Origin: a bacterium
GTDB taxonomy: Bacteria; UBA8248
DNA: 64,000 nt
Assembly (NCBI GenBank): GCA_965261085.1
Contig: OZ253442.1
Location: 1,824,001 to 1,888,000 of the forward strand
Direction: 5' to 3'
Part shown: in pieces, positions 49,321 to 58,155 of the stretch
How positions within the stretch are numbered: the stretch's first letter is position 1
How the letters are laid out: every line of letters begins with the position of its first letter
Notes under the pieces: generated by a model
The model's input: the letters and a program-made list of their open reading frames with translations, nothing else
What the model was told of the DNA's origin: nothing
Databases searched by the model: none
Translations under genes and position numbers: made by a program

Positions 49321-51829
49321 ATGCCTGACGACTATACATCCGATACGCAGACCACCGGCGCGGTGGAGGTGGACGGCTCGGCGACGGGCGAGATCGAGAC
49401 CTCGAATGACTTCGACTGGTTCGCGGTCGACCTGGTCGCCGGCCATACCTACGTCATCGACCTGGAGGGAGCCGACAGCGGCGGTGGCGCCCTGCAGGAC
49501 CCGGTACTGCGAGGCCTCTACGACGCCGACGGCAACCGGATTGCGGGCGCCCGGGACAACGATGGCGGCGCTGGCAGGGACGCCCGGTTGACCTTCACCG
49601 CCACCACCACCGGCGCCTACTATATCGAAGCTCGCGGCCATTCGAATCAGACGGGCGAGTACACCGTGCGCGTGACGGAATGGGTGGATACGGACGCCGA
49701 GCGCGGCGGCGCCGCCGCGCTCGGCGATATCACGGCTCTCGCCGGGCCGCAGTTTCCGGCGGCATCACTCGACGGCTCCTCCGACTCGGTGGACTACTGG
49801 CGTTTCACGCTTTCGGAGGCCAGGAGGGTTGGACTGGGTTTGCGCCAACAGGATGCGAATGCCGACCTGTTTCTGGAGGACGCCGAAGGCAACGTCCTCT
49901 ACAGCGGCACGGAGGAGGGGACGGCGAGCGAGTGGATTTCGCAGACGCTCCTGGCCGGGACGTATTTCGTGCGTGTGGAAGCGCAGGAAGAAGGCGCCAA
50001 CGAATTCAAACTGCGTTATGGGGTGAGTGGGGCCAATCCCGACGTGGTGGCCGCCTTGGAACAGCAACAGGAGGGGACGGATGAGGCGCCGGCGTTCGCG
50101 GAGGGGAGCTATGCGTTCTCACTCGCGGAGAACACGGACGGCGGCACTGTCCCCGTTTCACTCGGCTTGGTACAGGCGACGGACCCTGAGGACGAGACGA
50201 TTACCTACAGCATCGAGGCGGGCGACTCCGGTGGCCTGTTCGCCATCGACCCGGGGACGGGCGCCCTGTCGTACCAGGGCGCGGGCGAGGACTACGAATC
50301 AGGGACGACCAGCTACGAGTTGACGGTGCGGGCGAGTGACGGCGGCCTGCACAGCGACGTGACCGTGACCGTCAACGTCACCGACGTAGAGGAATACGTC
50401 ATTCTTGCGCAGCAGGGGACGGATGAGGTGCCGGCGTTCGGGCAGACGAGCTATGCGTTCTCACTGGCGGAGAACGCGGACGGGGGCACGAACGGGGTGT
50501 CTCTGGGCGCGGTTTCGGCCACGGACCCGGAAGACTCGACGATTACCTACAGCATCGAGGCGGGCGACCCCGGTGGCCTGTTCGCCATCGACTCCGAGAC
50601 GGGCGCCCTGTCGTACCGGGGCGCGGGCGAGGACTACGAGTCGGAGACGAGGGGCTACGAGCTGACGGTGCGGGCGAGTGACGGCGGCCTGCACAGCGAC
50701 GTGACCGTCACCGTCAACGTCACCGACGCGCAGGAAGCTCCGGCGTTCGGTCAGGAGAATTACGCGTTCTCGCTCACGGAGAACGCGGGGGGGGGACACG
50801 ATCAGTCTTTCGCTCGGCGTGGTACAGGCGACGGACCCGGACGATGACCCGGTTGCCTACAGCATCGAGGCGGGCAACCCCGACGGCCTGTTCGCGATCG
50901 ACGCCACGACGGGCGAGCTGTCCTACCAGGGCGCGGGCGAGGACTACGAATCCGATGCGATCCGCTACGAACTGACGGTGCGGGCGAGCGACGGCAGCCT
51001 GCACAGCGACGTGACCGTCACCGTCAACGTCACCGACGTAGCCGATGTGGAGGAATACGTCAGTCTTCAGCAGGAGGCTAGTGTGTCCGAACCGGACGGC
51101 CAGGACCTTCCGGCAGGCGCCTCCACGACCGGCCGGGTTGCGGTGGGTGGCTCGGCGACGGGCGAGATCGAGTTCAACCGCGACCGCGACTGGTTCGCGG
51201 TGGAACTGGAGGCGAACACGAACTACCGGATCGACCTGGAGGGCTCGCCGACCGGGAACGGCACCCTGAGGGACCCGTATCTGCGCGGGGTCCACGACGC
51301 GAATGGCGTCCGCCTCCCCGGCACGACGAACGACAACGGCGGCGTCGCCCGGAACAGCCGGGTGGAGTTCACGGTGGACGATGCCGGCGCCTACTATGTG
51401 GCGGCCGGCGCTTATAAAAGCGGGCAAGGCGCCTACAGGCTGTCGGTGAGGGAGGTCCCGGACGATTTTTCGGCCGGGACCGGGACGACCGGCACGGTGG
51501 ATGTGGGTGGCTCGGCGACGGGCGAGATCGAGTTCCACCGAGACCGCGACTGGTTCGCGGTGGAGCTGGAGGCGAACACGACCTACCGGATCGACCTGGA
51601 GGGTTATTGGACCGGGGCCGGTACCCTGAGAGACCCATACCTGCGCGGGCTCCACGACGCGGACGGCAACCTCCTCCCCGGCACGACGGCCGACGACGGG
51701 GGCACGGACTGGAACAGCCGGATGGAGTTCACTGCCGACGATGCCGGGACCTACTATGTGGCGGCCGGCGCCGGGGGAACCTGGGAAGGCGCCTACACGC
51801 TGTCGGTGTCGGTGGAAGAGGTCATGTGA
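49321..51829 (+). pseudogene. PPC-like/cadherin multidomain surface protein, frameshifted at a G9 tract (listed as two ORFs 49321-50847 and 50819-51829)
   Basis: PPC-like repeat (GEIE..D.DWF, IDLEG, YY) + divergent PPC + 3 cadherin-like repeats (APAF....Y.F.L.EN, ATDPE, DYE, LTVRASDG) + 2 PPC-like repeats; removing one G at 50787-50795 joins the frames. Confidence 0.85.
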
Positions 51830-52279
51830 GGTGCGCGGCGGCGACCGCGAAAGCTGTCGTACGGCCTCAGAGTGCGGCCTCCGCGGGAGGCCCTGCCGGT
51901 GAACCCGGCGGGCCGGGCCGTGAGGGCCAGTCCCGCCGTGCCATGCGGTGGCCGACCCCGTGTTCGTTGGCGATGGAGGCAGGTTTGGCCGCGTCTTCGC
52001 CGGGCATGCGCCGGATTCGAATCGACACTCGAAGGACTCGGCGGCGGCGCTCTCCCAGGGGGATGGGATGAAAGCCGCCGTTTCCGGGGCGTTCACCGCA
52101 TTTCCCGGGAAATCACCCGATTCGAGTTGAAAACAGGAAGTTTACATACGCACTATACACCCTCGGCATGACGATTTGTCGTTTATTTTTTGGACGTCAT
52201 GTGATATATTTTATTTGATTGTTCATATAAATTTGCATATAATTTTCTTTTTTTATCCACTTGAGAAAGGAGGCGGACC

Positions 52280-52654
52280 ATGCCTGACGACTATTCATCC
52301 ACGACGCAGACCACCGGCGCGGTGGAGGTGGGCGGCTCGGCGACGGGCGAGATCGAGACCAGGAGCGACCGCGACTGGTTCGCGGTAACCCTGGAGGCGG
52401 GCAGGATCTACCGGATCGACCTGGAGGGTTCGGATTCCAGGGGCGGCACCCTGTACAACCCCTATCTGCGCGGGATCTACAACGCGGACGGCGTCCGCTT
52501 CGCCGGCACGACGGACGACGACGGCGGCGCGGACCGCAACAGCCGGGTGGAGTTCAGGGCGGAGGAGAACGCCACCTACTATGTGGCGGCCGGAGCCTAG
52601 AGAGACCGGGAAGGCGCCTACACGCTGTCGGTGACGGCGGAAGAGGTCATGTGA
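52280..52654 (+). pseudogene. single PPC-like domain gene with in-frame TAG
   Basis: MPDDY start; TAG at 52598-52600 followed in frame by RDREGAYTLSVTAEEVM-TGA, matching paralog C-termini. Confidence 0.85.
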
Positions 52655-52805
52655 GGTGCGTGTGAGCGTTCTGGGGGGATTTTCCGGATCCATCGACGAG
52701 GAGAAGCGAGTTGCGCCGGGGCGCCCATTGCCCCGGCTGGGCGGACCCATCGCCCCTCTCGGGGCGGGCCCTATTTCTTTATTCACTTGAGAAAGGGGAC
52801 AGACC

Positions 52806-54395
52806 ATGCCTGACGACTATTCGGCTAATACGGAGACCACCGGCAGGGTGACGGTTGGCGGCTCGGCGACGGGCGAGATCCAAGCCGGGTTCGACCGCGA
52901 CTGGTTCGCGGTGACCCTGGTGGCGGGCAAGACCTACTGGATCGACCTCGAGGGCTCGCAGACCGGGGGCGGAACCCTGTTCAACCCGTATCTGCGGGGG
53001 GTCTACGACGCGGACGGCGGTCGCCTCCCACGCACGTCGAACGACAACGGCGGTGAGGGCCGCAACAGCCGGCTGACGTTCACGGCCGGGGAGGACGCCA
53101 CCTACACGGCCGGGGAGGACGTCACCTACTATGTGGCGGCCAGCGGGCTTGGATACAGACTAGGCACCTACACGCTGTCGGTGACGGAGGTCCCGGACGA
53201 TTTCGAGGCCGATACCGGGACGAGCGGCGTGGTGGAGGTCGACGGCTCGGCGACGGGCGAGATCGAGACCGGGGGCGACCGCGACTGGTTCGCGGTGGAA
53301 CTGGATGCGGGCAGGACCTACCTGATCGACCTGGAGGGTTCGCATACCGGGGCCGGCACCTTGAGGGACCCGTATCTGCGCGGGGTCTACGACGCGGACG
53401 GCAACCTCCTCGCCGGCACGACGAACGACGACGGGGGCGCGGGCCTCAACAGCCGGGTGACGTTCAAGGCCGGGGAGGACGCCACCTACTATGTGGCGGC
53501 CGGCGCTTATGGAGACAGGGAAGGCGACTACAAGCTGTCGGTGACGGAGCTTGCGTACGACGATTTTGCGGCCGGGATCGAGACCACCGGCAGGGTGGAG
53601 GTCGGCGGCTGGACGACGGGTAATGTCGAACCCGGGGGCGAGATCGAAACCGGGTACGACCGCGACTGGTTCGAGGTGCAACTGCTTGCGGGCACGACCT
53701 ACCGGATCGACCTCGAGGGCCGGAAAACCGCGGACGTCACCATGACGGATCCATATCTGTACGGGATCCACGACGCGAACGGCGACATCATCCACGGCAC
53801 GGTCGACGACAACGGGGGTAGATTGAACGTTAACGACCGGGACAACTACAACAGCCGGGTGACGTTCACGCCGACGGCGGACGGCGCCTACTACGTGGCG
53901 GCCGGCGGCGCGGGAAGCGATCCAGGCACCTACAGGCTGTCGGTGATGGTCGCGGACGATATTGCGGACGATTTTGCGGACGGGACCGAGACCACCGGCG
54001 AGGTGGTTGTCGACGGCTCGGTGACGGGCGAGATCGAGACCAGGGGCGACCAAGACTGGTTCAAGGTCGAGCTCGATGCGGACACGACCTACCGGATCGA
54101 CCTCGAGGGCTTGGTGATCGTGGACGACCGCTTCCTGGAGAGCCATTTGCCCCCGAATGTGTGGATGGCGTTTTACGGGAACCCGTACACATACGGGGTG
54201 AACACGTATCTGCGCGGGGTCTACGACGCGAATGGCGTCCGCCTCGCCGGCACGACGAACGACAACGGGGGCTATGGCCCCGACAGCCGGGTGACGTTCA
54301 CGGCGGAGGAGGCCGCCACGTACTATGTGGCGGCCGGCGCCTGGTATAACGGGGAAGGCGCCTACACGCTATCGGTGGAAGAGGAGGTCATGTGA
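52806..54395 (+). CDS. protein of four tandem PPC-like beta-sandwich domains
   Basis: four ~120-150 aa repeats DD....T.T.G.V.V.GS.TGEIE...D.DWF.V.L....Y.IDLEG...YL.G..DA.G......DNGG..NSR.TF......YYVAA......G.Y.LSV; ends EEVM; no signal peptide. Confidence 0.88.
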   Translation: MPDDYSANTETTGRVTVGGSATGEIQAGFDRDWFAVTLVAGKTYWIDLEGSQTGGGTLFNPYLRGVYDADGGRLPRTSNDNGGEGRNSRLTFTAGEDATYTAGEDVTYYVAASGLGYRLGTYTLSVTEVPDDFEADTGTSGVVEVDGSATGEIETGGDRDWFAVELDAGRTYLIDLEGSHTGAGTLRDPYLRGVYDADGNLLAGTTNDDGGAGLNSRVTFKAGEDATYYVAAGAYGDREGDYKLSVTELAYDDFAAGIETTGRVEVGGWTTGNVEPGGEIETGYDRDWFEVQLLAGTTYRIDLEGRKTADVTMTDPYLYGIHDANGDIIHGTVDDNGGRLNVNDRDNYNSRVTFTPTADGAYYVAAGGAGSDPGTYRLSVMVADDIADDFADGTETTGEVVVDGSVTGEIETRGDQDWFKVELDADTTYRIDLEGLVIVDDRFLESHLPPNVWMAFYGNPYTYGVNTYLRGVYDANGVRLAGTTNDNGGYGPDSRVTFTAEEAATYYVAAGAWYNGEGAYTLSVEEEVM

Positions 54396-54519
54396 CGTGC
54401 GCGGCGGCGTTCGCAGGGCCTCCGCGGGAGGCCCTGCCGGTGCCCGGCGGCTGTTCTTCACCATCGGTCCGTTCAGCGCCTTCGTCAATCTTCCGGCGCC
54501 TCCCCGGCGAGCAGGGCCA

Positions 54520-54625
54520 ATTTATCGATATTTTCAGAAATTCCGGAGGGTTCGATTCACAAATTCGCGGGAAAACCTGGCGCGTCCGCGCGTCTGCCCG
54601 ATGACGGCAAATGCGGGGAAATGCG
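54520..54625 (-). repeat. right copy of ~107-bp inverted repeat (partner 47898-48005)
   Basis: ATTTATCGATATTTTCAGAAATTCCGGAGGG...ATGACGGCAAATGCGGGGAAATGCG. Confidence 0.9.
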
Positions 54626-54924
54626 CACCCGGTTCCGGCTGAAGAGGGAGGGATTGTTCAGACCGGGAAGGGTAGGCGCGTCAGGCAGGGACACCAACCG
54701 CCATCCCGCATCAATCCCGACGAAACAACGAGGAAGTGACACCGCAATGACGGCGTTCCATGCTTCCGGCCGGCCGAGGCGGTGCGGCTTTGTTCGTCAT
54801 TCCGGCGCATGCTGGTGGCAACCGCGAGGTTGACCATGTGTTTTGCCTTTGTTTTTTATTTTCTGATTGGTTCCAGCCAATGACGAGGAGATGAAAAGCC
54901 GGAGTATTGCCATTCCGCTCGGCA

Positions 54925-54995
54925 CTGGATTCCGGCTTTCGCCGGAATGACGGCAGTGGTCAATTCTTAGCGGGGCGGACTTTTTCAACAACCCC
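54925..54995. repeat. GTCATTCCGGCGAAAGCCGGAATCCAG-type palindromic repeat plus a lone MITE right end
   Basis: CTGGATTCCGGCTTTCGCCGGAATGACGG at 54925-54953; CTTTTTCAACAACCCC at 54980-54995, identical to 41311-41326. Confidence 0.7.
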
Positions 54996-55050
54996 CACAA
55001 GGAGGGAGTGTTTTGCCGAGATTCATCCCGATTGCGATTCCTCCCTCCCC

Positions 55051-58011
55051 CTAGAATTTCATTCCGAAATCGACGCGCCCGGAGTATTCATCATCGTCCG
55101 AGCCCGGGCCGCCCGCCGAGAGTTCGGCGCCCAGGGAGAAAGGGCCCTGGCGATAAGCGCCGCCCAGGCCCAGGAGAACGCGGGTTTTGGCCGATTCGGA
55201 TGTGAGTTTCTCGCCCGAAACAACGGTGGTCGTACCGCCGTCGCCGAGCGCCTGTTCCACATCCAGCGAGACGTGCAGGGAGAGAGCGCCGCCCTCCCAG
55301 GTGCGCGCGGTCTCCGCGATCAGTCCGAGGCCGCCCTTGAATCGCCGTGAGTCGTCCAGCGAGATGCGAGAGTTCACCGCGTCGGTGAATTCGGCGTTCA
55401 AAAACCCTGCGCCCATCATCCACGCGCGGGGCGTCAGTTTTATCTTCTCGCCCAGTGCGACCCGCATGCCCGCCTCGATTCCCACGGAATAACCGAGCGC
55501 CCCGCCGTTTTTGGTCAATTCGCCTCGCTTGGTGGAGGAAGCGTCCACGTCGTAGTCGATCAATGCGGTGCGGCCGGCCGCGTAATAGCCGCTCGTATTG
55601 CTCCACGAAGCGCCGAGCGCGGCGCCGATTCCCTGCGCTTTGATATCCCCATTCCCGGCGGGCGATTCGACCTCCGCCGAGCCGTTTACATAGCGTGCGG
55701 AGATCGAACCGCCCAGATTCTCGCCGAAAGAGAAACTCACGCCGGCTTCCGCCCCGAAGTGGTTCAGGTCGTATTTTGCGCCCACGCTCGCGCGCTCGGC
55801 CTCATACGAACCCTTGCCGTTCGAGAGGCTCACCCAGACGGGTGCGCCGGTCGATGCGATGCGTTTTCCCGCTACTCCCCGGCCGTTCAGGCGAAGTAGG
55901 AAGCCGGGCAGGGTCTCATAGACGGCTGCGCGCGGAGCGTAGACTGCGGTGAAGTCGTTATGCGAGAAAATCCGGCCCGTGACGGTCGGCGTTTCGAGCA
56001 GGGTGACGTCCCACGCCCCGTTCGGGGCTTCGAGACCGGTGGCGCCCGCTTCGCCGTCGTGAAGCACGACGCCGTTGATCAGCAGGGCGGTTTCGCCTTC
56101 GTGGTTGTGGATGAAGCTCTCGCCGATGACCTGCGCCACACGGCGGCCGTCGAGGTTCATGTCGACGTGGAGTCTGGGCGCATCGCCCGCCGCGCGAATC
56201 GCTATCCGCGATTCCGCCCCGAGGCTTCCCCTCGGCCCGATGACGACCCGGCCGCCGCCCGCGAGAAAGACGCCCGCCGCGTCCCTGCCCGAGCCGCCCG
56301 TCACCGGGGCGTTCACCGTGACGCTCTGCTTGCGGTAGCCCTCCTCGTCCACTTCGGCGGCGAGCGTCGCTCGTCCCCGGGAGTCGACCTCGCCCACCCG
56401 AACGCCGCTGGCGTCCGGCCCGGCGGCGTGGACTCTTCCCCCGTCCACGGCGATGCGGACCGAACCCGAACCCCCATGATAGGCCGCGATGCCGTGGGAC
56501 CTTTCGTTCATCGTCGCGACCTCGGCCCCGCGCGCGTCGATCTCGATGGAGCCCGTGCCGGTATGGGAGCCTTGTATGCTGGCGGCATTCATGCCCGTGG
56601 TCGTGACTCGGATGCCCCGGGCGTAAATGCGGACCCCACCGGCGTTCCGGTGAAGTCCGTGGACGCCCTCGGAACCCTCGCCTTCTGTCTGGATGAGTGC
56701 GTCGCGCACGACGATTTCAATTTCGCCCATACCGCTGTGGGAGGCGAGAATGCCTTCGGCGCCCGCACCCCTTGTCGTAACGCCGCCTCCCTGGACATCT
56801 ATGTGCGTGTTGCCCTCGGAGCCGACATGGTATCCATAGACGCCGTCGGCGTTCTCGCCTTCGGTCGTGATGGCGACGTCTTTCAGATCGATCTCGATGG
56901 CGCCCGTCCCGCCATGGGAGCCTCGGATTCCGTAAGCTCCCGCTCCCGTAGTCTTGACTTGGGTGTTTTGCGCGTCGATATTGACGTCGCCTTCGCTGTT
57001 CCGTTGATGAAGCCCGTGGACGCCCCCGGCTTCTTGGCCCTCCGTAGCGATGGAGACGCCGTGCATGTTCATTTCGATACCGCCCGCGCCTGAGTGAATG
57101 GCGATGATGGCCTCGGCTTGATTGCCCCTTGTCGTGATGTCGGTACCCTGCACGTCGATGCCGATGCTGTCCGCGCCTTCATGAGTTCCACGAATGGCCT
57201 CGGCTTCTTGGCCCATTGTCGTGATGGCGCCGCCCTGAACGTCGATGCGGATGTCGCCCTCGGAACCGACATGAAATCCATAGACGCCGTCGGCGTTTCT
57301 ACCCTGCGTCATGATGGTGACGTCTTTCAGATCGATCTCGATAGCGCCCCTCCCCCCGTGGGAGCCACGGACCCCGGAAGCACCCGCGCCCATCGTTATG
57401 ACCTCGGTGTTTTGTACGCCGATATGGACGTCGCCCGCGCCTCGATGAAGCCCGTGGACTCCTTCCGCGCCCTCGCCCTCCGTCTCGAAGAGGGCCTTAC
57501 GCACGAGGATTTCGATCTCGCCCGCCCTTTCATGGATGATGAGGATGGCCTCGGCTTCATCGCCGCTCGTCGTGATGTCGGTGTTTTGCACGTCGATGTG
57601 GACTCCGCCTTGGGCGCCTTCGTGAAATCCATAGACGCCGTCGGCGTTCCTGCCCTGTGTCGTGATGATGACGTCCTTTAGATCGACCTCGATTTTTCCT
57701 TCGCCGGCATGAGAGGCGGAGATAGCGTCGGCGATCGGCCCATCCGTGTTGATGGTGAGGTTTCGGGCGTCGATGTCGATGGCGTCGGTGGAATCAGCGG
57801 GCTCTCTGCAATCGATCCAACCGCCGGGTTCCGGCGTGTCTTTGCACACGCCTTGCTGGGCCGGCGCCTCCCCGGTGAGCAGGGCCAAGACGGCGGTCAG
57901 CGCCACGGCGATAGCGGCCGTCTTGAACGGCATTCTCATAGACCCTTTGTTTTTGAAACCGGAGACCGAAGCGAAACGGGTCTTTATGAGCGGGCGTGTT
58001 GAAAAATCCAT
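55051..58011 (-). CDS. autotransporter (type Va) with beta-helical repeat passenger
   Basis: hydrophobic signal segment TAAIAVALTAVLALLTGEAPA, fifteen ~29-aa Gly-rich repeats, YAPRAAVYE linker, amphipathic beta-barrel ending in F; start could also be 57939. Confidence 0.88.
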   Translation of the reverse strand: MDFSTRPLIKTRFASVSGFKNKGSMRMPFKTAAIAVALTAVLALLTGEAPAQQGVCKDTPEPGGWIDCREPADSTDAIDIDARNLTINTDGPIADAISASHAGEGKIEVDLKDVIITTQGRNADGVYGFHEGAQGGVHIDVQNTDITTSGDEAEAILIIHERAGEIEILVRKALFETEGEGAEGVHGLHRGAGDVHIGVQNTEVITMGAGASGVRGSHGGRGAIEIDLKDVTIMTQGRNADGVYGFHVGSEGDIRIDVQGGAITTMGQEAEAIRGTHEGADSIGIDVQGTDITTRGNQAEAIIAIHSGAGGIEMNMHGVSIATEGQEAGGVHGLHQRNSEGDVNIDAQNTQVKTTGAGAYGIRGSHGGTGAIEIDLKDVAITTEGENADGVYGYHVGSEGNTHIDVQGGGVTTRGAGAEGILASHSGMGEIEIVVRDALIQTEGEGSEGVHGLHRNAGGVRIYARGIRVTTTGMNAASIQGSHTGTGSIEIDARGAEVATMNERSHGIAAYHGGSGSVRIAVDGGRVHAAGPDASGVRVGEVDSRGRATLAAEVDEEGYRKQSVTVNAPVTGGSGRDAAGVFLAGGGRVVIGPRGSLGAESRIAIRAAGDAPRLHVDMNLDGRRVAQVIGESFIHNHEGETALLINGVVLHDGEAGATGLEAPNGAWDVTLLETPTVTGRIFSHNDFTAVYAPRAAVYETLPGFLLRLNGRGVAGKRIASTGAPVWVSLSNGKGSYEAERASVGAKYDLNHFGAEAGVSFSFGENLGGSISARYVNGSAEVESPAGNGDIKAQGIGAALGASWSNTSGYYAAGRTALIDYDVDASSTKRGELTKNGGALGYSVGIEAGMRVALGEKIKLTPRAWMMGAGFLNAEFTDAVNSRISLDDSRRFKGGLGLIAETARTWEGGALSLHVSLDVEQALGDGGTTTVVSGEKLTSESAKTRVLLGLGGAYRQGPFSLGAELSAGGPGSDDDEYSGRVDFGMKF

Positions 58012-58155
58012 GATTTGTTCCCCATCACCCTCGGCCTGATGGAATTCGGGTTCCCATGAGTCTTGGAAACGAAGCATCCACATTACATTATGATAAGACT
58101 TGCGGAACTTCACCGCTATCTTTTTTTCTTTGGGTTTTCCCGGTTGCGCCGGAAT

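Noticed and set aside
52598-52600. Pyrrolysine or amber recoding of the in-frame TAG
   Set aside because: TAG is used as a normal stop by many genes here (e.g. 4838-4840, 6168-6170); paralogs have TAT/TGG at this codon; no pyl genes seen.
51100-54395. Diversity-generating retroelement (TR/VR pair) among the PPC repeats; several AAC-to-NNC differences exist between the repeats at ~51150 and ~51510
   Set aside because: Many differences are at non-adenine positions, all copies are coding, and no reverse transcriptase or avd gene is in the window. A remote DGR cannot be excluded.
47560-55050. CRISPR array or integron attC cassette array
   Set aside because: No regularly spaced identical short repeats with unique spacers, no convincing attC RYYYAAC/GTTRRRY pairs, and no cas or intI gene.
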